Shown here piece after piece: positions 9,739 to 18,848 of a DNA stretch of 64,000 nucleotides (positions are counted from its first letter, which is position 1; each line of letters begins with the position of its first letter). The notes under the pieces are model-generated. The model saw only the letters and a list, made by a program, of their open reading frames with translations. It made no database searches and was not told where the DNA came from. The stretch comes from a virus, in IMG/VR virus record IMGVR_UViG_3300005563_000030, positions 61,102-125,101 of that record; one strand, given 5' to 3'. The position numbers and the translations under genes are program-made.

Positions 9739-12423
9739 TTACTTTTTCTTCTTCGCAGGTGTCTTCTTATCGTATTTGTTTTTGTTTATTTTGGCTACTT
9801 TTACTTTTTCATTCTCTATTTTTTCACGTACAGCTAGCTCTTGTTGCTTCAAATTTAACTCACGAAGTTTGGTTTGATTGTCAAGAATTGCCTTCTCTCT
9901 TTCAAATTGTTGCTTCTCTCTTTGAAGCTGAACTTGAGATTGTTGAGCATCTACTTGTACTGAAAGTTTATCATATTCTAATAAGTCAGGTATTCCATCA
10001 CCATCCTCGTCAGCGTTGTTATCTTTCTGACGAGAGAAGCTATTGATGTAAGCAATCTGAACTTTGTTTTCTCTATCAAGCTGTTTCTGTTCAGCCTCGA
10101 ATTCCATTTTAGCTTGCTCGATTTGTTTCTCTGTATCAATCTTCTGCTGTTCCATTTGCATTTGTTGTTGATACTTCTCTTCATTCTTAGCCATTGCTGT
10201 TTCAAGTTGAATCCTAATTTCAGCAGGACTATTAGAAGTGATAACAGTAGCAAGGTCTAATGGAGTGGCTCCTACATTATTATTAGTCATGAATAATTGA
10301 CGTAACATTTCAAGTTGACGAACATCTTCTTGAGAGTTTGATACATAAACATGCAGGTCTGCTAATAATAGGTCAATTCCATTCATCTTTATCCAAGCTC
10401 TGCTCATATCACTTTTAGCATAAGTGATGGTGATGTCTTGTTCTTTAGATTGAACGTATTGAGCTATATCCAGATTCATCTTAAGAGTACGTTTCTTATA
10501 CTCAGCAAATCTAGTGAAGTAAGATTCTGTTTGAGCAAAAGACTGTGTTACAGCTTGCTGAGTACCTGTTGCTGTTTCAGAAGCAGCTACATTACCTAAC
10601 CTTTGCGGAGTAATACCTACTTGAGATAACGCACGTTGCTCAAAGAACTCCATTAATTTAGCTCTTGACATCATACGTGCAGACTCATCTAAGTCTACTT
10701 CTCTAGGCATTGTATTGGAGATGTTAGCTCCTTTAAGATTCTGGGGAGAAGTGTCAACAAAGGTCATACCAAGACTCTTGGCTACTAATAAGAACTTCTC
10801 ATAACTATTCTCTCCACCCCAATCTTTCATACCAGTAAGCATGTTCACATCCATAATAAGGAATCTACCTACTTCACGTTGCATGATCTGATAGAGCTGG
10901 TTAGCAGCTACATTAAAGCCAATCTGCCATGGTTTCATCAAGTCCACTAAGGACATTGATTGAGCGTTACGATTATTAAATATCTGACCGCAAACTGGAA
11001 GTTTACAGTAGTAAGGATTATTATCTCCTTTAAACTGAAATGGAAGTGGAGCTACATCAAAGAATAAGTCATCTTCCATCTGAGTTCCATGCTTACATAT
11101 CTTTTTACCTTTCCATGTTTCATTTACCCATGTCCAGCAAACAGTATTTACAGCATTGTCATTATCGTAAAATGAAGAACTAACTTCTTTAAATCCTTCT
11201 GGTAAAACAAATGTTTCATCTACAAGCCCCTTAGTCATCATTCCAGTTTCAGGGTCAACGTAGCATATTTGTCCCACCATTCTTTGGGATTTCCAATAAG
11301 CCTCTACTACTTTTAAATAACCTCTAGTGTTTAAGTAGAAAGGATTATGTTCTGACATTTCTGTTAAGAAGGTGTCATCAAGAGTTGGAATTGGAGCAGC
11401 AGGATTAAATCCAAAAGCATCGGTCATTATCTTACCATCAGGATAGTTTTGATATGGAACAATTGATCCATAAGGAATTCCATATCCATCGCGTCCTACT
11501 TCTTTACCAATAACATCACGTTCTTTCTCAAGTTTCTTGAGTTGTTTCTTTGTAAGAAGATGTCCGTAGCGATCAACAATATCTGAGGTAGTAAGGAAAA
11601 GAATACGTCCAACATAGTCTCCATTTTCAACTTCTGGAATTTCAGGAGACTTGTGGAAGAAAGTATTAACTGGGTTCCAAGTTTCTTGGTTATACCCATT
11701 TGAAGTAAGGTAGTAGTGTCTGAAGCATCTATCAGCGACAAGCATATCCTCAAACTCCACTCTCTCCTTTTCAGGAATATTAAAGCGATGTCTGTCAAGC
11801 TCAATTTGGTGTTCACCCCAAATCTCAGCAGCATCTTGCCACTTATACTTCATATATTTCTCAATCTCTGGTGGAGTGAGAGCTTGACGTTGTTGTTGAA
11901 CTTCTTGTTGGTATTGTTGTGCTTCTTCAGGAGATTGAAAGTCTTGCTTGTTAGGGTCATATCCCATTTCTGATAAGCGAAGATCTATCTCCTTTTGAAT
12001 ATCTTGTGCGACATACTCAGTAAGTAATCGCGATTTTTCACGTATATAGTTATTTGAGGTATTTTCATCAAACCCTTTGACACGGAAATTATCTGGACGC
12101 TTTTGAAATTCACCTGATAAGGTGTTGATTACCTGCGAGATAATATCATAATGACGTAAATAGTTTGGAATCTCAAACTCCCTTGATAATTGGTGTACCA
12201 TATCAGCATACTCATCTTGTTCAAGATAGTGTCTGAATATGAATCTACCTTTTATCATCTCATAGTTCTCTATTAAATAGAGATTATGAAGATATTGAAA
12301 GCTTCCTATGTTCTCTAAAGCATTTAGAGTGTCTTCCTTCCACGCATCTGTTTTCTTCGACAGAGGAATCATCTGTTGCGGAAGGCTTACATTAGGGTTT
12401 ATATTAGCAAATGAACTTACCAT
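9739..12423 (-). CDS. Portal protein
   Basis: 894 aa; LRHYDIISQVINTLSGEF, SLVDLMKPWQ, GITPQRLG motifs and Q-rich coiled-coil tail typical of crAss-like portals. Confidence 0.85.
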   Translation of the reverse strand: MVSSFANINPNVSLPQQMIPLSKKTDAWKEDTLNALENIGSFQYLHNLYLIENYEMIKGRFIFRHYLEQDEYADMVHQLSREFEIPNYLRHYDIISQVINTLSGEFQKRPDNFRVKGFDENTSNNYIREKSRLLTEYVAQDIQKEIDLRLSEMGYDPNKQDFQSPEEAQQYQQEVQQQRQALTPPEIEKYMKYKWQDAAEIWGEHQIELDRHRFNIPEKERVEFEDMLVADRCFRHYYLTSNGYNQETWNPVNTFFHKSPEIPEVENGDYVGRILFLTTSDIVDRYGHLLTKKQLKKLEKERDVIGKEVGRDGYGIPYGSIVPYQNYPDGKIMTDAFGFNPAAPIPTLDDTFLTEMSEHNPFYLNTRGYLKVVEAYWKSQRMVGQICYVDPETGMMTKGLVDETFVLPEGFKEVSSSFYDNDNAVNTVCWTWVNETWKGKKICKHGTQMEDDLFFDVAPLPFQFKGDNNPYYCKLPVCGQIFNNRNAQSMSLVDLMKPWQIGFNVAANQLYQIMQREVGRFLIMDVNMLTGMKDWGGENSYEKFLLVAKSLGMTFVDTSPQNLKGANISNTMPREVDLDESARMMSRAKLMEFFEQRALSQVGITPQRLGNVAASETATGTQQAVTQSFAQTESYFTRFAEYKKRTLKMNLDIAQYVQSKEQDITITYAKSDMSRAWIKMNGIDLLLADLHVYVSNSQEDVRQLEMLRQLFMTNNNVGATPLDLATVITSNSPAEIRIQLETAMAKNEEKYQQQMQMEQQKIDTEKQIEQAKMEFEAEQKQLDRENKVQIAYINSFSRQKDNNADEDGDGIPDLLEYDKLSVQVDAQQSQVQLQREKQQFEREKAILDNQTKLRELNLKQQELAVREKIENEKVKVAKINKNKYDKKTPAKKKK

Positions 12424-12498
12424 ATTTAGTATTAAACCAGCAAATATAAGAAATAATTACATCTTATTTTTTTATGTAATCAAAATAATACATTACTA

Positions 12499-14586
12499 TT
12501 ACATTCTTGTTCCTAATGTGCGCATAGCATGTTGACTAGCTGCAAAAGGACTAGTTGATTTAGCAAATCCTGACATTGTCATAGCAAACGGAGAACTTAA
12601 GATTGGATTCTTTCTTTGATTGTCAGGTTTCTCAGGTTCTTTAATATTTATTATCGGATAATATTTATCAAGATGTCTAGCATAAGCCAGAGCGTGGCGG
12701 AAAGCCACAATGCGGTCGTAGTTACCTTCTTCAGGGTTGTATTTTATAATTTCTTGAAGTAATACAGGATCAAGAATACGAGTTACACCTAATTTATATA
12801 TAGGTTCTCTTGTATCAGGGTGTGTACCCACTTGAATCTGTTCTTTACAATACTCAATCATTAGCGACATACAGTAGTTAATGTTTGGTAGTGTTGGAGA
12901 TAATCCATATATTTTACCACCTTGGTTAGCTCTGGTGTTTGGATTAATCTCTTTTGCAATGTTAAATCCTTGACCTAACATGTGTCCTTTATTCTTACGC
13001 TCAAAGTATTGAATAAATGTACCCGCAGCGTTCTCTGGAAAGCAGACGGCATTATAATATTCTAGTAGCATTTCTACTTGTTCATGCCAATCATTCATTG
13101 AGTTTGGACGTGAAGCTAGCGCAGCAACAGGCATGTCTTGATAGGTTTCTCCAGCCACATCTGTCATACGTTTCCATAGAACAACTGTACCTAAAGAGTC
13201 TGACCAGTCGGAAATGTCATTGTTGTAAGGGTCAGCTCCCGCAATATACAAACCTCGTGGTGCATTTGAGATAGGCTCTTCCCATATAACCACTGGACAA
13301 TCTTTTCCGAGATTCCCTTTGGTTGGAAATTCACTGATGGGTCTGTCATGAGATACTGCATAACTAGTTCTAACTTTTCCAGCCGAATCTCTGAAGAATC
13401 TAACATATCTACCTGTAATATTATTTGCGTTTAAATAATCTAAGTGACTTCTAGCTGCTTCTATTGGGAATGGATTAATTGCATTAGATAAGAAACATTC
13501 TGCTGGAGTAAGTGGATAATACATTATCAACTTTTGGTACTCCACTTTATCAGGGTCTTTAGATTTCTCTTCGCGTTCTTTTAGAATGAGAGCCTTAGCT
13601 TTCTCCTTATCAGAAACCATCATAGGGATCTGATCTAAGTTAGGAGTAGCCCAGTCTATCTTCCCTTCTTTTCTGAGATAATCACCAAGTGTAGTGAGAT
13701 ATTTACAGTCAATACGATATAATCCTGACATGAAAATAGCTGTCTCTCGTCCTGTCTCAGGATCAGTTACAGCTAATAAGTTGTTTGCACTAGGATTAAA
13801 GAAGAAACGTTCAGCATCAGCTCCTTTATCAAAGCTACCACCGGTTCCGAAAAGAAGAGGTACACATCTCCATCCGAACTTGGACTTAAATGCTGGTTTA
13901 GCAGCTTCAAATGATTGAGCAAAAGCAAATTTACCAACTTCATCGGTAGCATAGGCTTTCGCAGTAACACCCGCTGGACCTTCTGTTTTGTTACCTTCTG
14001 ATACGTTACGAACAATTAAGTAAGACCAAACATGGTCATCACCACCTTTAGCTTTGAACCCTAAGCGGGTCATGTTCTTCTTAGTATCTTTATCTAGCTT
14101 TGGAATTTGTAATCCTTTCCAAAGATTCTTAATACCAAAATCAATCTTATCACGGATAAGTTGTAAGTCATCATCATTACCACCCACCACTACATTCTGT
14201 GTGTGTTCAAAGAGTTCAGCATGATAGCCCATATAAGAAGCCATAATCTCACTCTTTCCAAACTGACGCACTCCAATGTGCATATATCCTTTCTTCTCAA
14301 CACGACATTGTTCAAGATATTGACCTACTTCCCACTCATTATCTCTACAGGAAGCGAGCATTTTCTTTCTCTGTATATTACCATACTCATCCTCAACGTC
14401 ATCACGAATATTCCAATGGTTTAAATGCCAATAGAGCCACCCCGATATATCTACATTATCGAGAGTGACTCCACCCATACACTTGTCTATTTCCCATTGA
14501 ACTAGTTCTTCAAATTCAGGAGTACCTTCTACCGGAAGACTTTCCATCCTTGAAAAGAAGTCATTAATAGAATTAATCTTCAGCAT
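12499..14586 (-). CDS. terL: Terminase large subunit
   Basis: 695 aa; Walker A-like RQFGKS, Walker B DEVGK, GTGG, nuclease YIAGADPY and NYDRIVA motifs. Confidence 0.9.
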   Translation of the reverse strand: MLKINSINDFFSRMESLPVEGTPEFEELVQWEIDKCMGGVTLDNVDISGWLYWHLNHWNIRDDVEDEYGNIQRKKMLASCRDNEWEVGQYLEQCRVEKKGYMHIGVRQFGKSEIMASYMGYHAELFEHTQNVVVGGNDDDLQLIRDKIDFGIKNLWKGLQIPKLDKDTKKNMTRLGFKAKGGDDHVWSYLIVRNVSEGNKTEGPAGVTAKAYATDEVGKFAFAQSFEAAKPAFKSKFGWRCVPLLFGTGGSFDKGADAERFFFNPSANNLLAVTDPETGRETAIFMSGLYRIDCKYLTTLGDYLRKEGKIDWATPNLDQIPMMVSDKEKAKALILKEREEKSKDPDKVEYQKLIMYYPLTPAECFLSNAINPFPIEAARSHLDYLNANNITGRYVRFFRDSAGKVRTSYAVSHDRPISEFPTKGNLGKDCPVVIWEEPISNAPRGLYIAGADPYNNDISDWSDSLGTVVLWKRMTDVAGETYQDMPVAALASRPNSMNDWHEQVEMLLEYYNAVCFPENAAGTFIQYFERKNKGHMLGQGFNIAKEINPNTRANQGGKIYGLSPTLPNINYCMSLMIEYCKEQIQVGTHPDTREPIYKLGVTRILDPVLLQEIIKYNPEEGNYDRIVAFRHALAYARHLDKYYPIINIKEPEKPDNQRKNPILSSPFAMTMSGFAKSTSPFAASQHAMRTLGTRM

Positions 14587-14899
14587 TATTTCTCATTCTA
14601 TGAGGCACATCTCCACCACCACGTACTTCTTTTATGGCAGCAGCTTCTTTCTCACGAAGTTTTTCTACTACCTCGCACATAGCAAGGTATTCCTTCATGG
14701 TTTCACGTAGTGATTTTTGAATAGCCTCTTTAGTTTGTACTACAGCGTAATAAGCTCCACCATTTTTAGTTTTCATTAATTCCTTACGATCCTCTACTTC
14801 ATTGTAGGGGTTATCTAGTAAGTATTGTTTCCAGCGAGCTAATTGTTCTTCTGCAAGTTCTAGCTCTGCTGATATGTATAAGTTTTTCTTAACAGCCAT
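14573..14899 (-). CDS. Possible terminase small subunit
   Basis: 108 aa helical protein ending ...EVRGGG, overlapping terL start. Confidence 0.4.
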   Translation of the reverse strand: MAVKKNLYISAELELAEEQLARWKQYLLDNPYNEVEDRKELMKTKNGGAYYAVVQTKEAIQKSLRETMKEYLAMCEVVEKLREKEAAAIKEVRGGGDVPHRMRNNAED

Positions 14900-15215
14900 A
14901 TGGTTTTACTTCAGTTACGCGATAATATTTAGTATTAAATTTCCTTACTTTGACTATTTTTCCATTATAGTAGTAGTCTTCTACCCAGTTTTTATTTTTC
15001 ACAAAAAGTGGATCTGGTTGTTTTGGGAAGATTTGATAGTCTGTATTGATTTCATCTTTTTCAATTTCCATATCTTCTATATCTGAATAGAAGGAAGGAT
15101 CTTCAAGACGCATATCGTATTCGATAGCAAACTTCCCAATAGCCATCATAAACCCAGCATAGATAAAGTCATTATCCGTATAACTAGGTTTACACATTTC
15201 ATGTATCTCTTCCAT
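14889..15215 (-). CDS. Hypothetical protein
   Basis: 108 aa ORF. Confidence 0.55.
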   Translation of the reverse strand: MEEIHEMCKPSYTDNDFIYAGFMMAIGKFAIEYDMRLEDPSFYSDIEDMEIEKDEINTDYQIFPKQPDPLFVKNKNWVEDYYYNGKIVKVRKFNTKYYRVTEVKPYGC

Positions 15216-15228
15216 TGGTTTTTATTTG

Positions 15229-15300
15229 AGCACATAGGAAGAATCGAACTTCCGCATAACTGTTTTGCAGACAGCGACCTTACCACTTGGCTATACGTGC
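15229..15300 (-). tRNA. tRNA-Cys(GCA)
   Basis: GCACGTA/TATGTGC acceptor, loop CT-GCA-AA, GTTCGATTC T-loop, U73. Confidence 0.9.
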
Positions 15301-15659
15301 TTATTTACGAATAGCTTTTTCTTAATAACATAATCGAATATCTTCTCATTTATAAATCCTGATAAGAAGGCTCTAGCTTCTCCATCATTTACATCCTTAT
15401 CTTCTAATATGTAATCTACTAAATGAGAAATTTCATGAGTTATTATATTTACATTTAAACTCTCTTCTGAAAAGAAGACATAGTAGGTATGAAAATTATT
15501 TGGATTTATAGCCATTCCATGAAGATCATGGTCATCTTCTATATTAAATTCCCATTTCTCTCGCTTACTATATGAGTTTATCTTCTTACGAATGTCTTTG
15601 TCTATTATGACAATACACTTAAGTTGATAAACTTCTATCGGAATCACTAGTCTGAGCAT
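15291..15659 (-). CDS. Small HExxH metallopeptidase-like protein
   Basis: 122 aa with ITHEISH...EARAF. Confidence 0.55.
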   Translation of the reverse strand: MLRLVIPIEVYQLKCIVIIDKDIRKKINSYSKREKWEFNIEDDHDLHGMAINPNNFHTYYVFFSEESLNVNIITHEISHLVDYILEDKDVNDGEARAFLSGFINEKIFDYVIKKKLFVNKHV

Positions 15660-15826
15660 CTTCTGATAAGTCTAAGATCATGAATTTATAACTTTCCAAA
15701 GGATACTTTGATTCTTCTTTAGGTTCACCAAATATAGCCTTTCTTGATTCAGGACTCATAAGTTCATAGAATAACCCCATAATTGCAGCCTGATCGTATA
15801 TCTCTTCTTCCATGTAATTAGTTAAG

Positions 15827-15900
15827 TTGCGGGAGCGGGGATCGAACCCGCGTCATTTAGCTTATGAGACTAAGCTGGAACCTCTCCAGTCCACCCCGCA
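15827..15900 (-). tRNA. tRNA-Met(CAT), initiator-like acceptor stem
   Basis: TGCGGGG/TCCCGCA acceptor, loop CT-CAT-AA, GTTCGATCC T-loop; lacks the three G-C anticodon-stem pairs of canonical fMet. Confidence 0.85.
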
Positions 15901-16432
15901 ATTTTTAATCTTCTAAATATTCTCTCCAAGTCTTCGGTTTGTATCTATCTATTGCTTCATCATTACGTTTCTTGAACTCCTCAGCAGAAATAATACCTAG
16001 CCGAAATCCCCATTCAACATTAGTGAGATACATATCTCTCATTAACATCTTCTCTTTGTTCTTTATGTGTGCTTGGGTCATCATAAAGAGTATATCGTAC
16101 TCCACTTTCTTTTCCAATTTCTTCTTGTAACATCATTTCTAAGAACCTCATTGCGTCATTGTACCTCGCAGTGAGTTGTTCAATAATATAATTCTCAGAC
16201 ATACCTAAAGCTCTCCAATTATCAATTTCGTCTTGTAGGTAGTGGTTAACAATATTATTCATCTTCCTTAATATTATCTACTAACTCGTTCTCTAATTCA
16301 TCGCGATATTTCTCAAACTTCCTCAAAAGCTCTGTATCACTCCAGCCGTAACATCCTGTTTGTGGGCGAAGAATATGTACCATATGTTGCGCAATGGTAT
16401 ACTGAGGAAACAATTCCACGATCTCTGCAAAG

Positions 16433-16888
16433 TTATGGAATATCTGTGACTTTGTCTGAATCTGTTTGTTGCTCATTTTCTTGGTTTTTAAATGCGAACC
16501 ATTTAGGTTCCAGTGTTATATTGTTTTTTGTGTTGTACTCTTTTACGTTTGGTTTTGCACATCCGCATTCTGTTCCCGGATTGCAACATGATAATCCACA
16601 ATCTGATGATAATGATGATGTTTTTCTATTAATTGAACATCCACACATAACGCAATGCTCATCAATTCTGTTTGTTATATACCCATCACTAACTGCATTC
16701 GAGCTGCTGAACGGGCACGTCGAGCATATCAGTCTTCTCCTCACTATCTCCTGTTGTTCTTCCTCTGGTAACATCCCCAACTCGTTCTTCACTTGTGTTA
16801 TTGTCGCTTCCAAGATTGCTGGTGCGTTGCTCACTATTGTCGGCAGCAACGTCACGTACTCTACTAATCCTTTTAGTGTAATTTTCAT
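16433..16888 (-). CDS. Cys-rich (zinc-binding) hypothetical protein
   Basis: RRLICSTCP...HCVMCGC...KW motif. Confidence 0.65.
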   Translation of the reverse strand: MKITLKGLVEYVTLLPTIVSNAPAILEATITQVKNELGMLPEEEQQEIVRRRLICSTCPFSSSNAVSDGYITNRIDEHCVMCGCSINRKTSSLSSDCGLSCCNPGTECGCAKPNVKEYNTKNNITLEPKWFAFKNQENEQQTDSDKVTDIP

Positions 16889-17222
16889 AGAACTGTTTAG
16901 CTAATATATTTCTTTGTTTAAGAGCTTTTCTTAGCTTATCATAGTTTAATTCCAGAAGCAATTCAGTTGTTGATTGCTTATATCTGGTAGATTTTCGGAT
17001 ATTCCTTATCTTTCTAATAAGAGTAATAATCATCTGGTCTACTTTACGCTTAGAAACTGTTATAGTTCCAATATGCTTAATAGAAACAGATGTATAGTCC
17101 ATAGATGATAGAGCAGCTCTCACGCCAACCTTCCAGAAAAAAGCATTTACATCTTCTACAAGGTCAGGATCAAGGTTATTCTCTCTAGCTACCAACTTAG
17201 AAACTATATGAATATCCTTCAT
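16689..17222 (-). CDS. Possible HU/IHF-like DNA-binding protein
   Basis: Basic protein with VSIKHIGTITV strand motif; position upstream of terminase as in crAss-like phages. Confidence 0.4.
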   Translation of the reverse strand: MKDIHIVSKLVARENNLDPDLVEDVNAFFWKVGVRAALSSMDYTSVSIKHIGTITVSKRKVDQMIITLIRKIRNIRKSTRYKQSTTELLLELNYDKLRKALKQRNILAKQFYENYTKRISRVRDVAADNSEQRTSNLGSDNNTSEERVGDVTRGRTTGDSEEKTDMLDVPVQQLECS

Positions 17223-17563
17223 TAATTATTATCAATTTTAATAAGAACTCCCATAGTTGGAGTAAGCCCAAAGTCTAACTCTTTTCTAAGTGAGTATTCT
17301 TTACTGTCTACATTTCTAATCAGCATTCCAAATTTCTTCAACTTAGATAGAGTATTTTTAAGACTATCATCAGACTTTAGTATACCTGCATTTAGTATAA
17401 GGTCTTTAGTTTTTCTATTGATCTTATAAACCATAAAATATGCAAGTACTGTTAACTCTGTGTCTGAGAGCTTAACATTCATAAGTAAACAGAAGATATT
17501 AATTAATACCTTAGCTTGTTCTACTTTACTATTGGTTTTCTTTTTTATCTTTACTAGTTGCAT
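17222..17563 (-). CDS. Hypothetical protein (possible winged-helix DNA binder)
   Basis: Likely ATG start at 17563 just after promoter 17572-17603; LSDTELTVL...NTLSKLKKFGML. Confidence 0.55.
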   Translation of the reverse strand: MQLVKIKKKTNSKVEQAKVLINIFCLLMNVKLSDTELTVLAYFMVYKINRKTKDLILNAGILKSDDSLKNTLSKLKKFGMLIRNVDSKEYSLRKELDFGLTPTMGVLIKIDNN

Positions 17564-17571
17564 ATTCAGTA

Positions 17572-17603
17572 CAAATATAGAGATATTATTGCAATTTACC
17601 AAA
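17572..17603 (-). promoter_or_regulatory. Bacteroidota primary-sigma promoter
   Basis: TTTG-N20-TATATTTG. Confidence 0.75.
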
Positions 17604-17774
17604 TTTATTTTATCTCCATCCCTTCTTCTCCAGAACTTTCTATTAGCTGCTCTCGCGAACAACGAATAGTAGGTGAGTCACTGAGCGTTACACTTCTGCT
17701 GCTCCGCGAAGTACGAAGCTACGAAAAATTTCTGACATTTTCATCAATTTCGTAAACTATTTTTTAAAATAAAT

Positions 17775-17797
17775 AAAAAAGCCCCAATTAAGGGGCT
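17775..17797 (-). terminator. Intrinsic terminator closing the tRNA array
   Basis: AGCCCC-TTAATT-GGGGCTTTTTT immediately after tRNA-Trp. Confidence 0.8.
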
Positions 17798-17801
17798 ATT
17801 G

Positions 17802-17873
17802 CACGGGATGATGGTCTCGAACCACCGACACAGGTTTTGGAGACTAGCATTTTACCAACTAAACTAATCCCGT
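17802..17873 (-). tRNA. tRNA-Trp(CCA)
   Basis: ACGGGAT/ATCCCGT acceptor, loop CT-CCA-AA, GTTCGAGAC. Confidence 0.88.
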
Positions 17874-17874
17874 A

Positions 17875-17970
17875 GGTAGCCTGCGTAATAAGATACTTTT
17901 CGCGTAGTCCCAGGTTTACGCTTGAAGGGTCAGGTAAATCCCACATATCTCCTATACTATTCTCAGGCTC
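17875..17970 (-). ncRNA. Unclassified structured RNA inside tRNA operon
   Basis: AGCCTG/CAGGCT closing stem, AGATAT/GTATCT, GTGG/CTAC, TTTAC/GTAAA; ends ...CAGGCT-ACC. Confidence 0.45.
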
Positions 17971-18041
17971 TGGGTGAAGTGCAGGATCGAACTGCTTCTC
18001 CAGCTTCACATGCTAGCGCTTTTCCAGTAAGCTATCTTCAC
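17971..18041 (-). tRNA. tRNA-His(GTG)
   Basis: CTAGC-AT-GTG-AA-GCTGG anticodon arm, GTTCGATCC, ends CTTCACCCA; acceptor/T junction slightly irregular. Confidence 0.85.
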
Positions 18042-18043
18042 AG

Positions 18044-18114
18044 ATGCTCGTGATCGAATCGGACGACCTTCTCCGAGGTCAAAACTCGGTGTGATACCAA
18101 TATACCAACGAGCA
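18044..18114 (-). tRNA. tRNA-Gln(TTG)
   Basis: TGCTCGT/ACGAGCA acceptor, CCGAG-TT-TTG-AC-CTCGG, variant T-loop GTCCGATTC. Confidence 0.85.
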
Positions 18115-18122
18115 TTATATAG

Positions 18123-18195
18123 TGGGGTTCTCTGGTTACGATCCAGATCCTCCAGTTTTTCAGACTGGTGCTTCTACCAAGTTAGCTTGAACTCC
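18123..18195 (-). tRNA. tRNA-Phe(GAA)
   Basis: CCAGT-CT-GAA-AA-ACTGG, variant T-loop GATCGTAAC. Confidence 0.88.
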
Positions 18196-18200
18196 AAATG

Positions 18201-18274
18201 AGCCTGTGGTCGGAGTTGAACCGACAACCTTTCCCTTACAAGGGGACTGCTCCGCCAATTGAGCTACAGCAGGC
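18201..18274 (-). tRNA. tRNA-Thr(TGT)
   Basis: Loop CT-TGT-AA, GTTCAACTC; one bulged base in acceptor stem. Confidence 0.88.
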
Positions 18275-18280
18275 ATTGTG

Positions 18281-18375
18281 CTAATGGGGTACGACTTGAA
18301 CGACAAGCGGAGGTTAATCCCTGATTCCGCGCCGGATAGACAATCCGGTATGTCTGCCAATTTCACCACCCATTA
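18281..18375 (-). tRNA. Atypical tRNA with Asp anticodon (GTC) and long variable arm
   Basis: TAATGGG/CCCATTA-G acceptor, Leu-like D-arm TGGTGAAATTGGCAGACA, CCGGA-TT-GTC-TA-TCCGG, about 26-nt variable arm, GTTCAAGTC T-loop. Confidence 0.7.
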
Positions 18376-18380
18376 GTGTG

Positions 18381-18452
18381 CGGGAACGGAAGGGGTCGAA
18401 CCTTCAACCTACCGGTTAACAGCCGGTTGCTCTACCATTGAGCTACATTCCC
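18381..18452 (-). tRNA. tRNA-Asn(GTT)
   Basis: ACCGG-CT-GTT-AA-CCGGT, canonical D and T arms. Confidence 0.93.
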
Positions 18453-18504
18453 TGGTCGGCTCCGATTTTTTATACAGAACGTTGCCGAAGTAAACTGTTG
18501 ATCG

Positions 18505-18580
18505 CCGACTATCACGGATTTGAACCGAGGATCTCCTCTTAGACAGAGAGGCAGGGACGACCAGACTCCCCTAATAGTCG
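18505..18580 (-). tRNA. tRNA-Asp(GTC)
   Basis: CGACTAT/ATAGTCG-G acceptor, CCTCT-CT-GTC-TA-AGAGG, GTTCAAATC. Confidence 0.88.
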
Positions 18581-18621
18581 AGGTGAAGGTTCCTTCCTGG
18601 AGTATACCTACAACTATGCAG

Positions 18622-18696
18622 TCAGGGTAGCTGGATTTGAACCAGCGAACACGTGCTTCCAAGGCACGCCCATATAGCCATCTGTGGAACACCCTG
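18622..18696 (-). tRNA. tRNA-Pro(TGG)
   Basis: CAGGGTG/TACCCTG-A acceptor, CGTGC-CT-TGG-AA-GCACG. Confidence 0.88.
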
Positions 18697-18701
18697 ATAA
18701 T

Positions 18702-18727
18702 AAAAAACCCCCGGTGAAAACCGAGGG
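18702..18727 (-). terminator. Attenuator terminator of tRNA operon A
   Basis: CCCTCGG-TTTTCA-CCGGGGG-TTTTTT, 5 nt upstream of tRNA-Pro. Confidence 0.85.
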
Positions 18728-18757
18728 AAACTTTCAATTATGACAAATTTTCTTGAA

Positions 18758-18844
18758 TTACTTATTTTGGCATAATGTTCCCTCATCGAGATCTTGTTGA
18801 TCCGGTGTGAAATTATTAAACGTATTATGCCAATTGTTAATCAT
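18758..18844 (-). CDS. Attenuator leader peptide A (MINNWHNTFNNFTPDQQDLDEGTLCQNK)
   Basis: 28-aa ORF between promoter and terminator; codons 3-18 encode only N,W,H,T,F,P,D,Q, the amino acids of the downstream tRNAs. Confidence 0.85.
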   Translation of the reverse strand: MINNWHNTFNNFTPDQQDLDEGTLCQNK

Positions 18845-18848
18845 AAAA

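Noticed and set aside
18453-18510. Y RNA-like TCCGA/TTGA stem on the plus strand
   Set aside because: Opposite strand to the transcribed array and no Ro60/TROVE gene in the window.
17788-18737. ORF-track entries 17788-18009, 18160-18369 and 18432-18737
   Set aside because: They run through tRNA genes and are shadows of RNA genes.
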